Position numbers and translations under genes: made by a program. This document shows, in pieces, positions 39,001 to 50,742 of a DNA stretch of 64,000 nucleotides. Origin of the DNA: Eledone cirrhosa (taxonomy: Eukaryota); the NCBI GenBank assembly GCA_964016885.1, contig OZ024741.1:51398001-51462000 (forward strand), written 5' to 3'. The notes beneath the pieces were generated by a model. It saw only the letters and a program-made list of their open reading frames with translations. It did not search any database and had not been told where the DNA came from. Position 1 is the stretch's first letter. Every line of letters begins with the position of its first letter.

Positions 39001-40977
39001 ATACTGTGCGACCTGAGGTCGTTTAAGAGTTTGCCCTGTTTCCAGGGCATCCCCAGGCCGCGTACATTCACACACCCAACTCTTATCTTGGCCATGTTGG
39101 TTCTGAAAAATTAAAAGAGAAGAAAACACTCACCTCTTCGTCTCCCGGGGATCAGGCCGCACGATTTCCATGAAGGGTCTTAGAGGAGTTGTCTGGGTGG
39201 ATGGTGGTTTCCGGCGGGGTGGGGATGGAGATGTTTGGTGGAGTGGGGGTGTCTGGGGTGGGGGTGTCTTGGGTGGGGGTGTCTGGGGTGAGGGTGGGGA
39301 AACATTTTAAAAGGACGCGGTTAATGGGTTTAACACAAGGATTACCCACGTCCTTAGGAAAGTTTTCCTTTAAAGACTTATAGGTGTCCGTAGGGACCCT
39401 AATCATATTTAAATTAGGTTTGTCTACACAGTTTGAAAAAGTTTTCCCTTCGGTTTTCACCGAAGGGTCGTTAGAGATGACCTCCATTAAAGTTTTGTTT
39501 TTACTGTTTATGTATGTGTAATGTTCTTGTTGTGTTGCGGTGGTTTTTGTCTGTTGTTCTTGTGGGAGCTTTCGTTTTGTTGTAGGTGTTTGTGTTTGGA
39601 GTGATGTCGTGGTTTTGTTTTCGGGACGGGGGGTTTTTGTTTGTAATGTTTGTGTTGTTTGTGTTGGTGGTTGTATGTTTGTAGTGATGTTTGTTGTTTT
39701 TTTGTTCTTGTGGTGTCTGTTCTTTTTTCTTTTCGAACGGAGAGGCTCTCCCTCATCATCACTTGGTGATGATGTGGGGGCCTCGTCCGTTGTGGTGTCT
39801 GTGTTATTTGGAAGGGGTATGTTTTGGGGAGCTGTTGTGTTTGTGGGTGTTTTTGCAGTGGTTTTAGGTGGAGTGGGGTTGGGTGGGACTGTGCTTGCAG
39901 GTTGGTTTGTTGTTCTTGTTTTGGTTGTGTTTGCGTGTTGTTGTTGTTGTGGTGGTGGTGGTGGTGGTTGTGTTGTTGTTTTGGGTGTTGGCAGTAGTGC
40001 CTCTTTTTTTTTTAGTTAACTAAGGACAGTAAGCCTTCAGGTGACCACTGCTTAAACAGTGGTAACATGAAGGCCGCCTACCCTCAACAGAAATGTTTAT
40101 GTGTGAAATTCCATCCAGAAGCACACGTTGGGGTATTTTAGCTATCCGTTCTGGCCTCATTTGGACCAGAACTTCCATGCTTGTACCATTGAATGTGCCT
40201 CTGGAGGACTTTCCCACCGAAATGATGGTGTCTTCGTCGAAATCGATGAAGTCAGTTAAAATCCACCAGACGTTTACATTTGGTGCAATGTTCAAAATTT
40301 TTATTTTTTGAGTTCTTTTTCCCATATATGTGGGGAAAAAGGTGTAAAGGGGACACACAATCGGCGATACAGAATATTTTTGTGCTGTCAATTGGTCTTT
40401 CAACAACACCGAAATGCTTCCAAAAAGTTTCCCTTTTTGGATGAAGGCAATATCCTTCATGGAATTCTTCAGAACCAGTTCAATATCGTTTTGGGATAAC
40501 TGAACTGGTTTTTTCGACACATTTGAAGCAGTCCTAAAAATTACTGTTTTTAGAACAGTTTCTCTGCGTAACTGTTGAGGAGAAGTGATGCTGAAAGCAC
40601 CACTCTCACCAAAAGTTACGTACTGTTTTGCATCGCTTAACATTTCCCTAGCATTGGAAATGTCAAGGTATGTGAACAGTTCCGTCTTTTGGACGGTTTG
40701 AGCAAAAGAAATCTTTTCCTTGTTCGTGGAGTTGTACGTGTTGCTGCTGTTGGTGGTGGTGGTGGTGTTGTTATCATTGTTGTTGTTGTTGGTGGTGGTG
40801 TTGTTGTTATCATTGTTGCTGTTGTTGTTCTTGTTGTCATTCTTGTTGTTGTTGTTGTTGTTGTTGTTGTTCTGGTTGGTGTTGTTTATATTTTGCATGT
40901 TATTGGTGTTTGTGTTAGTGTTGATGTTACAATCAACGTCCAACATCGTGTTTTCAAAACTGACGACATTTTCGATG
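36051..40977 (-). mobile_element. Tx1/L1-clade LINE copy A (5'-truncated, internal RT deletion)
   Basis: ORF1 remnant with CCHC knuckle CYHCLSSGHLKAYC and a poly-Asn tract; ORF2 APE start MAKIRVGCVNVRGL (39095), RT AYADD, terminal CPRC..ETVAHALIHC; 3' end AATAAAGAAA without poly(A). Confidence 0.92.
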
Positions 40978-41000
40978 TAGATAGATAGATAGAGATAGAT

Positions 41001-44000
41001 TTCTTTATTTACCATAAAGGCATAAAAAGAAGGGACAAATACAAAGGGGGAGTTTACATATAATCGAGTAAAAAGAGTGTAACATGAAAATAATCGAAAA
41101 TAGCCCCAAAAGGGAGGGGCGTGATGGGGGTTGCACCCCCCCCCCCGAAAAAGTGTGCAATCCTTTGCCCGGGGAGCACATGGAGAAGGTGCTCCCCTCT
41201 CCTTTACTTCTTTACCTACAGGATGGTATACAGAGAAGGCCCATTTACACGAGCCATTCTCACCACTATCACCCACCTTTCATAAAACTGCCTGTGACCA
41301 AGCACCTCTCTCTCCATTCTTATCCTTCTTCCGAAGTGATATCGGAAGAAGTAGACCAGATTATGGCCAGAGAGGAAGTTGCCTGACCTCAGACCTTTCA
41401 ATCGTGTCCACCAAACAACCTCTTTCAACATGGCTATTACGCACAGAAAAACCGCCTTTGCTTCCTTTGTGAAGAGGGGAGGCGGTTTGATTGTCATCAC
41501 GGACTCGGCGGTCAATTTAATCGGCGCCACCCGCGACAGCAGTCGTTCGGCGTAGCCCCACAGATCAGCCACGCCCGGACATTGCACCAATGCGTGCGCA
41601 ACGGTTTCTTCGTGACGCACGCATCTAGGGCAAATCTTTTTTGAGGGATCCCTGCCCGGGCGCCCGTGTCTGTAGAGCCTCTCTCGAACGGGTAGAGCCC
41701 CCCGGTAGCACTGCCAGGCCAGTGACTTCTGGAAGTTGTCCATTGGTCCTGGGCCGAAAGTCCTACCGAACAGGCTGGCCAGTTCGTCTTCTTCCATGTC
41801 CAGCGACTCTCCAAGGGTGTCATCGCCCCTGCTAGCCACCAGCCCTCTATAGAATGATGAGGTGGATTCTCCACCGATGGCCTGGCCCGCTTGCCAGAGA
41901 GCCCTGAGCGCCTGAGCACACTCAGTGTGCCAGTCTCCTAGTTTTCCGGATCTTTGCTTGACCCAGGACTGTAGCTCGGTGAGCGAGACGAGTCTCGGAA
42001 AGGCTCGTTTCACGAACGGAGCCCACACCGGTTGACCAGTGAGGAATACCTGTAGGTGCCGTAGCCTTAATGCGTGCCTACGCATCATCAACCACAGCAT
42101 CCCCAGCCCTCCTTTCGAAGGTTGTTGGCAGCAGATGGATCTTCTCACCATAGGAGGGCGCTTCTTCCAAAGAAATTGGAAGAGCATGCGTTCCATGGTG
42201 GTGAGTGTTTCCTTAGGGCAAGGAACGACAGTCAGGCGGTAGTAAGTGACGGACGCTATGTAAATGTTTGCCACCTCCGCCCGGCCTTTTAGGGACAGCT
42301 TACACTTGGCCCATTTCTGGGTTAGTGCAAACACCTTGTTCGTAACCTCGTTCCAGTTCTTTTCCACCTGGAGGTCCGGTCCAAACCAGACCCCAAGCAA
42401 CTTTACCGGGCCCTCCGTCCAGTGTCCGACGACACCGTCAGGAGGCATCGGTCTGCCTCTCCACGTTCCGAGTTGCAGCCCGATGGATTTTTCCCGGTTC
42501 AGTTTCGCTCCTGACAACCTTTCGTACTCCTCCAGTAAGGTACCGATCGCCTCGATCTCCGAGTCGGTCGATACCATTACTGTTACGTCATCGGCGTAGG
42601 CCGACACCGCTTTGCTCAATCCTGGTTCCAGGGGGATACCCTGCAACAACTCCAACTTCCTCAGTAAAGGCTCGAGAGTCAATACGTACAGAAGGGAGGA
42701 GAGAGGGCACCCCTGTCGAATGGATCGTGTGATTTCGAACGGCTTCGAAAGGTAGCCGTTCACCTTGATCCTAGAACAGATGTGGTTGCTATGTAAGGCA
42801 GTTATCCAGCCTCTGAAAACAGGACCGAACCCAGCCGCCGCTAGCACCGCATCCAGGTAGCCATGGTCGATCCTATCGAAGGCCTTAGACTGATCCAAGT
42901 TGATCAGGGCCCCACCGAAGCCGGGTTTGTTGCCAACCCTCTCTATGATGTATCGCATGAGGTGGAGGTTATCGTGAATGGACCTGGATGGGATAGCACA
43001 TGTCTGCGCATCTCCCACCAGGCCACCCACGACAAGCGCCAACCTCTTTGCTAACACCTTGGCCAAAATCTTTAACTCTGTGTTTAGCAGGGTTATGGGC
43101 CGAAAATTATTTATACTATCTCCCTTGATCTCGTCCTTCCTCACCAGCGTGACTACGCCCTTGGCTACAGAACAAGGAATTCTCCCGTTCTGCTGCCAAT
43201 TGCAGTAGACCGCTTCGAGGAGTTCGGAGAAGAAGACCGGCATTGCTAAATAAAGTTCGTAAGGTATACTATTGAGACCTGGAGATTTGCGTCTGCTGCA
43301 TTGGCTCAGCGCATCTCCGATCTCATCAGCCGAGATTGGTCCCTCGCAGGACTCTGCCTCTTCGCTCGAGAGACGCGGTAGGCCGTCGAGGTATGGACCG
43401 AAATCCACGCCCCCGCCCGGACCCCCGCCTCCCCCGAACAATCGGGCAAAGTGTCTTTGAAAGGCCTCGCACATCTGCTTAGGCTCCCGGATCACCCGTC
43501 CATCTTCGTCTTGCAACGACCGGATGGTGGATCGATTTCCACTCTTAGCTTCTGTCACGCGGGCCCAGCCAACGGCTTTGGCCCCCTCATTACCTAGAGC
43601 ACGTATTTTACTTCGAATGACGCAGCCTTCGTGCTTTGCATCGAAAAACTGGTTCAAGGCCGTCCTCGATGCCAGCACTCTGGCCACATCTTCGCTCTTG
43701 ATTGCCTCTTCTAATTTACCTGTTAATTCTTTCTCGTTTCTATTCCTATCGGCAGCTAACATCTTGCTATAACTTATTGATTCTGTTCTAATCTCTCTTT
43801 TGAGAGATGCCCACCATTGGTTGTTGACGATTGCACCCGTCAACCTCTCCTTAACTAATCTGCTAATCCGGTTTCTGTAAGTCTCTTTTGCCGGTAAAGA
43901 CAAATTAAGTTTCCAGTAACCGGGACCCTGTCTATGTGTTTTCTCGAGATTGACTACGCAGGTCACTAATTTGTGATCCGTGTAGCCAACCGTGCGCATT

Positions 44001-46823
44001 TCTGGACAGCTTAATATGTCCCTATCCTTACTTCTAACTAAGAATCTATCTAAGTACAATCTAGATTGACCACTGTGGTTTCTCCAAGTCCAGGTAGGGA
44101 CAGTTGGAAAATCTAGTCGATATCTATCGACCAAGTTAAAACGGTCGAGTAACCCCTTGAGGCTGTTACACCCCCCTCTATTAGGTCATGCTCCTGCATA
44201 GTCCCAACGTGCATCTAGGATGTCATTCCAATCCCCCGCTAGAAGCAGGGAACGCGACGTTCCCAGAAAAGTCTCCAAACGCTGGAAGAAGTCGGGCCGT
44301 TCAGCTCCGAAAGGGGAGTAGACGGCGACCAGTCTCAAGGCCGCACTTTCACTACTGCCAACGTCTAGCACCAACAAACGACTCTCCGGGTCCGAGTGCA
44401 CAACCTGTACGGCAAGACCCAGGTGTTTTTGCAGCAGTACGACAACCCCACCCCCACCTCCAGGTTGACAGAGAGATGCATGCACCTCAAAGTCATCGAA
44501 GGTGGGGGGGGCCAGCTGCCGCACGACGCTGATTCGAGTCTCACAGATAACCATTACATTTATACTACATGACCTGAGGTCATTTAGAAGCTTTGCTTGC
44601 TTCCAAGTTGAGCCCAGGCCACGTGCATTCAAACATCCTACTCTTAACACATCCATGTGGGCGGCAGAGCCAAAGGAGAGTGTAGAGACCTACCTTTCCG
44701 CTTCCCGGGGTTCGGGTTGCACGACTTCCATGGGGTCGGGGGTGTTGGGTGAAGGGGTGTCTTGTGGTGGTGTGGGGTCGTCAGTGTGTGGTGGGGTTGG
44801 GGTGTTTGGAGTTGTGTTGGGGAGGGGAAGGGGAGGGGGAAAGCTTTTTAGTAGGACGCGGTTTATGGGTTTGACAGAGGGTGGTCCTACGTCCTCCTTA
44901 AAATCCTTTTTTAGTTTTTGGTAGAGGTTCATTGGGATCTTTATTAATTTTAAATGTGGGTAGTTTTCTGAAAAAACAAAGTTTACACCTTCGGTTTGTA
45001 CCGAAGGATTATTGTATATGAGTTCATTTAATTTATTATTGTTTCTGTTGATGTAAGTATAGTGTAATGTCTTTTTTTTGGATGGTGTGAGTGTTTCGAA
45101 GATGGGAGGGGCAGGTTTGGTTTTGTTTGTTGCTGGAGGGGTGTTTTCTGTTTTGTTGGATTGTGTTGAGATTTGGGTGGGGGTTGTTTGGCCTTGTGTG
45201 TTTTGCACATGTTTTCTTTTTTTCCTTTTAATCTGTCTGAAGGACTCCGTTTCTTCCTCCGAATTCGTTGGGTTATCTTCACTGTTGGAGGGAAGAGGTA
45301 TGTTTGCTGGTAATGTTTCCGTGTTGGTTTTCTTTGTGGGGGAGATGGATGTCACTATGTTAGACTGTGTTGTGTGTTGTATCTGCGGTGGTTGTGTTGT
45401 TTTATTGAGTGAGAGGTTGGGTGGGCCTGTATTTTGTTTTGGGGTAATGTGTTGTGACTGTTTGTGTTGTGGTGGTGGTGTGGTTTTACTGAGGGACGGG
45501 TTGGGTGGGACTGAGTTTTGTTGTTTGTTTATCTGTTGTGGTAGTGGTGGTGGAGCTGGTGTTGGTAGCAGGGTTTTCTTTTTGTTGAGTTGGGGACAAG
45601 CGGCCTTCAGGTGCCCTCTTCCTGCACAGATATGGCAGGACGGCCTTCTCCCCTCCACGCTAATGTTTATATACCCGTGGTCCTCTAATAGGATTCTGTC
45701 GGGTATTTGGGCGATGCGTTCAGGCTTCATTTGCACTACCAGCTCTATACCTGTTCCACTGAACGCATTGCCTGTGGTTTTTCCCAATGGAAATCACGTT
45801 GTCATTCACTGGATCGATGAAGCCAGCTATGAGCCAGCAGTAGTCCACATCTGGCATCATTGCATCCAGCCATATGCGTTGAGTTCTTTTCCCCATATAA
45901 GATGGATAAAAGGTAAAATTTTTCGAACGAATCGGTGACAAAGCACATTTTTTTGCCGCCGATTCGTTCTTCATGATAATTGCTAGGCTTCCATACAGTC
46001 TGTCTTTTCTTATGAAAGTGGTTTCATTAAGTACTTCTGTGAGTACTGTTTTGATATCTGCTTGAGAAGGCTGTTCAGGTTTTTTTGTACTGTTGTTGAT
46101 GGTCCGAAACTTGACCGTTCGGCTTTCAATGTCTTTGGTGAATTCTTGAGGCATTTTTACAGATAAAATACCATTCTCTCCTTCACTTATGTATTGTTTG
46201 GCGTCTGTGATCCTTCGTGCCACATCTGAAATATTTTCCGGTATATAAGTCAAAGATTTCTTTGTTTTCTGTGCAAATGAAATCTTGTCGTCTGCTTTGC
46301 TTTCTGTTATGGTGTTATTTTCAAATGTTATTTTTGTGTTTGTTGTGTCTTTGTTTGTGTTATTAGTATTGTCATGCAATTTTTCAAATTTTTTTTTTTC
46401 GTTGTTGGAATCCATGTCCAGATTTGTGTTTTCGTCATTTTTTTTCTCCGCAGATTCGTCTGTTTTTATTTTAATTTTTCCTTCCTTCTCCATGACGTTA
46501 GTTGGGAAGGAAGGGGGGGACTAAAGCGTGCGAGCTTACAACTCTTACCGCTGTCCCCCCACCACTATTTTCGTTCGCTGCGTTTAACATTTCTGTTAGA
46601 CGATTGAAATTTTTTTGCCACAAAATTTTTTAAAACAGGTTTTTCACCTCTAGGAGGGGTAAAGATGAGCTGACCCACCGCCTGACAGTTCAGACGAGGG
46701 GTCAAGCTACACAATTGTATCAAAATTAAGTTTGAACTCACAAAATTTCCTCAATAAATTTGAACAAAACTTCTGCGCGAAGTGAATTACATCCACACTG
46801 TAGAACAGACGACAGCTAGATTA
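41001..46823 (-). mobile_element. Tx1/L1-clade LINE copy B, apparently full length, 20-bp TSD in (GATA)n
   Basis: ORF1 46493-44690 (one frameshift near 45785; knuckle CHICAGRGHLKAAC); ORF2 44656-41216 (break near 44150-44186; 972-aa open RT portion). Identical atagatagatagagatagat at 40981-41000 and 46824-46843. Confidence 0.95.
41216..44656 (-). pseudogene. Tx1 copy B ORF2: APE endonuclease - RT - CCHC zinc finger
   Basis: VGCLNARGL, AGDWN, YTDH, KSPGLNSIP, RPITLLNTELKILAK, LDQSKAFDRIDH, RQGCPLS, AYADD, CPRCVRHEETVAHALVQC. Confidence 0.92.
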
Positions 46824-46888
46824 ATAGATAGATAGAGATAGATAGATAGATAGATAGAGAGAGGTGGAAATATTTTGGTTTAAATTTA

Positions 46889-46979
46889 CTCATCTGATGA
46901 GCAGATTGATACTGAAGTCAGGTCTATTGTATTGATTAAAACCTTGAGCCGATCATCTGTGAAACATATGTCATGTGAG
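46889..46979 (+). ncRNA. Type I hammerhead ribozyme with intact core (Penelope-like)
   Basis: ctcat-CTGATGA(46894-46900)-gcagat...atctgt-GAAA(46961-46964)-CATATG-TC-atg; GUC triplet, predicted cut after C46972; palindromic minimal stem III. Confidence 0.7.
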
Positions 46980-47551
46980 ATATAGAAAAGCATTTTCAAG
47001 TGAAATTTTGTTATCTCATACATAATATATACATATATATGTAAATACAATCTGACCCTCACTTCATACATGCCCTCCTCCCAGTATCACTTCTTAGCTA
47101 TTCCTTCTCTTCTTCCCTCTAAAGTCCTTAGACATCCTCTCTATTGAACCCTAGTAGTTACTCCCTCCACCCCTGTGCACCTCACTCTGTCAGTGCCCTT
47201 TCTGCTACCACTTCTTAGCTATTCTGTCGATTAGAGATGATTATAGCAATCGATGGGACATGCGAAAAGGGCAAACCTGGGAAGACATCGGATGAAGTTG
47301 TGAAGATTAACCTTAAGAAACTGATGAAAGATTAACGAATCTTGAAACAGCACTGTCTGGCATTCTCGACTGTTACTGACATATCTGTAGCGTCTTCATA
47401 AAACAAAAGAGAGGAAAAATTTTTTTTTATAACGAAACAATATTTTTTCTTTGATAGAGAGACTCTCATATGATAAGTTTAATGTATATAAACATATAGG
47501 CTTTCATATAAAACCCCATTATGCTTAACGCTATCTTAGTGATACTGCCAA

Positions 47552-48520
47552 TCTATATATATAAAACTGTGGTTGTCTGTCTGTCTATCGATTTTTGGCA
47601 CACATCTCCTCTTAGAATCTCTCACGGAATTGCACCGAAATTGCTATACTTGTACATTGAGCCCTAGCGAAGACATCGGAAAAAAAATATTTCAAATTGA
47701 CCCACCCTATGTGACGAAATCGAATATAATGTATCGATTTTTGAGCGTAAGTTATCAGTTATTTCCCTTTGTTCTGTTTACATTGAGCGTCTTACGTAAA
47801 AAATTACGCTGGCTTTCTCAGCTTTTAAAATGACATTAACACAATACACGAACAGTTGTCGAGCCAGCAAAATATTGACCTGCAAAATTCATCAGTTCGA
47901 ACATTAAGCTTCCGTTTTGCTTCATTTCCATTTAAAAGCATTTTAAAACAATATTTTTACTTGAAAACAAGTCTATTTAAAGACTACGTAAAACAAGCAA
48001 ATATTTCGTCGTTAGGCGTGCAGACAGATAGTCGTGCAGAGAGGTGATATACGCGTGCAGACAGATAGTCGTGCAGAGAGGTGATATAGGCGTGCAGACA
48101 GATAGTCGTGCAGAGAGGTGATATAGGCGTGCAGACAGATAGTCGTGCAGAGAGGTGATATAGGCGTGCAGACAGATAGTCGTGCAGAGAGGTGATATAG
48201 GCGTGCAGACAGACATAACTGATAATTTGGTTACGCTAATGTTTTTCTCTGCGTTGCAGTGTTTACATTTTCGATCTTTGTTAATAAATAACCAGTGCAG
48301 TTTCTATCCCCAGCATCCTCTTTTGTTATAACATTCGGGTTATCGTTATGTTTTCTTAACTTCATAAGGCATATTGTTGGTTGAGGGAATATTAATCAAA
48401 AACACCACATGCAAGTCTGCACAGTAGACACTACAGTTTTTAAGCCAAGAAAGAAACTTAACATTGTAACTTTAACACAGCTACTGAGCGACCCCGAGCA
48501 ACGCCGGGCTTTACTGCTAG
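47552..48520 (+). mobile_element. Non-autonomous Helitron
   Basis: Inserted between A and T; 5' TCTATATATATAAAA..GTCTGTCTGTC; 3' hairpin CCCG-agcaacgc-CGGG shortly before the terminal CTAG. Confidence 0.8.
48013..48213 (+). repeat. 37-bp minisatellite (~5.4 copies) inside the Helitron
   Basis: Unit taggcgtgcagacagatagtcgtgcagagaggtgata, with internal cgtgcaga sub-repeat. Confidence 0.95.
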
Positions 48521-48954
48521 TATATATATAGAGAGATTCCCCTTCGATCACGAATGACCAAAGTTCCCCTCCGATGTACAAGTCCAGGCAAAGTTGTTTG
48601 TGGAAGACTAGTAGTCGCCCATACACACTAGTCTCCTCTCTCCACGCCACCGATGTTGTTCAAGGGAAAGGCAATAGCTGATAGAGCAGAAAATAAAGTG
48701 TCTTGCTCAAAGATACAAACACCACCCGGTCCGAGAATCGAACTCACAATTGCAAGCCCAACGCTCTAACCACTGAGCCTTACACACATACAGACAAATA
48801 TTTCAGTCTTGTGTTTTAACTTTAATCTAAGGAGCTTCCGATTTTTTTTTTCTTTATTCTTGAAGTATGCAAAGAATAAAAATACTGAAGCTGGAAAGAA
48901 GACTTTGATAGGTCATTCTCGATTTTTTCTGCGGACCTGCTAATGCTGCAAAAC

Positions 48955-49140
48955 ATTACTTCCGGCTCCTTGCCTAAGCAAAAGATGGCGTCTTCAGATG
49001 CAAAAGTAAATATCTGTTCACGTTGGCCTGCCTTTCACCCTTTCCCCCCCTGCAGCGGTTTCGTATATACTTTCCGCTTGGGTCCTCACCGGCTTTTATG
49101 ACCCAACGAGCCCGGCTAGATACGCCAAAGGCCTCTTAAT
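48955..49140 (+). promoter_or_regulatory. Candidate housekeeping promoter of the USP40-like gene
   Basis: ETS-type ACTTCCGG (~48959) and YY1-type AAGATGGCG (~48982) motifs in a CpG-retaining patch about 0.4 kb upstream of the ATG. Confidence 0.5.
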
Positions 49141-49455
49141 TGTTGACGTTGACCATATATACACAACATATTGTATATATATAATATATATATATAAACT
49201 CACACACACACATACATATGCATATATGTATATATATATACATAACATTGTTGGTATATATACATACATATATATATAATAATAATAATTTATATATATA
49301 ATACGCTTTAATACTTTTTTTAAAGTATAAATTAACTAAACTGAGTTCGATCTCCTCTCCTAATCAACCACTATACTTAAAAGAAAAGAAATAACGTTTG
49401 TTTATAATTCTCTTCTAACTCGGAGTTTACTTCGGACGCCGAAATTAACGCAACC

Positions 49456-49690
49456 ATGTTTGGAAACTTATTCGAGGAAGACAATTACCAACAAACACAG
49501 ACCTTTAACCAAATAACATCTTGCTCAGTTGCTGCAGTTTCGGGTGATATCGAACTCAAGGCTCCAGCAGTAACTTCACCACCACCTTTAGCACGGCCAC
49601 AATGTCGTCTGGCTGGACTTGGTAACCAAGGAGCCACCTGCTATCTCAATTCTCTCTTGCAGACTTTGTTTCTCACGCCGGAATTTAGAG
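49456..49690 (+). CDS. USP40: Ubiquitin-specific protease USP40-like, first coding exon (Cys box)
   Basis: The MFGNLFEED start and LAGLGNQGATCYLNSLLQTLFLTPEFR resemble vertebrate USP40 (MFGDLFEED...NQGGTCYLNSLLQTL..TPEFR). Phase-1 donor AG|GTAATA at 49691. No later exon recognised in the window. Confidence 0.85.
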
Positions 49691-49890
49691 GTAATACATC
49701 TACTGCTCTCTCCCTCTCTCTCTCCCCGCTGTCGAAAAGGCAAGAGCTCAGCCGTCGGGCCCTGACTCTCTACTAATATTTACACTCTACCTCCCAAGTA
49801 TCGAGTACTCTGCTGAAAAATGGTCTTACTAGTTTAAAACTGGTATATTCCTGATATATATATATATATATGTATGCACTTATACACACA

Positions 49891-49969
49891 CAGGGTGTCC
49901 CCCAAAAATGTATATACACATTTATTAGAATGCTGTTGAAGTGTGTATACATTTTTTGGAGACACCCTG
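49891..49969. mobile_element. Tiny Tc1/mariner-like MITE (hairpin)
   Basis: TIRs CAGGGTGTC..CAAAAATGTATA / TATACATTTTTTGGAGACACCCTG followed by TA. Confidence 0.75.
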
Positions 49970-50399
49970 TATATATATCTATAATCATACGGATTTTTCC
50001 ATAGGGTTGTATAGGTAGACTACGTCATACTAAATGTTCATATCGTGTTAATTTGCGTTTTATTTCACTTTCTATAACCACGAATCTATGTGTGAATGTG
50101 TAGATATATTACACAAATTCTCAGAAATATATCGCTCTATTATCTAAATTTTTTGTCATTCTATTTGCGTTAATTACCTCAGTTTATTTTTACTATACAC
50201 ACATACACCCAAATATGAATCAACCGAGCTAAAACTTCGATGTCACTGCTACTTTTTTCTACTTAGATAATATAATATACACTCTGCTGTTTGTTACATG
50301 CTCTCGGTCTCATGAGTCAGTCCGCATAGCGAAATGAGGAAAAGCCGGGTATGTGTTATCCCCCTTCATACATAAACATATATTTTTTTTCTACGTACA

Positions 50400-50742
50400 T
50401 ATGATGGTCTGCTGAATAGTTCATAGACTGACCAAGTTACTCTCATGGAATGACCAAATGAAGTTTATTATTCAACATAGTCCCTGGAAAGAATCAAGGC
50501 AGTTATTAGTGAGAGTTAAGATTAATGCATGCAAGATTTCACAGCTCTAACATCACTCTTTCATATGGTGATCAAGATACTCTCATGGAATGACCAAATG
50601 AGGTTTATTTTTCAACGTAGTCTCTGGAAAGAAACAATGCAGTTATTAATAAGAAGAATTGAAATTAAGGCATGCAAGATTTCACAGCTCTATCATCATT
50701 CATTCATAGTCAATCTAAAATTATTTCAGCCTACCCTCTTAT
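50400..50742. mobile_element. Mariner-like MITE with internal duplication
   Basis: Homologous to 54806-54996 and ~1345-1490; the block tactctcatggaatgaccaaatga..gcatgcaagatttcacagctct occurs twice. Confidence 0.65.

Noticed and set aside
39540-40988. Val/Leu/Gly-rich plus-strand ORFs resembling membrane proteins (also 45078-45938)
   Set aside because: Antisense shadows of the A/C-rich low-complexity Tx1 ORF1 and the (AAC)n tract.
40020-41276. 418-aa ORF as a single gene
   Set aside because: Chance read-through from the copy B 3' end and TSD into the truncated ORF1 of copy A; only the part below ~40977 is real ORF1.
48013-48213. 37-bp repeats as a CRISPR array
   Set aside because: Units are contiguous with no unique spacers, there are no cas genes, and the context is a eukaryotic Helitron.
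49691-49776. C-terminal part of the 106-aa ORF 49456-49776
   Set aside because: USP similarity stops at PEFR, where a GT donor begins; the rest is intron.
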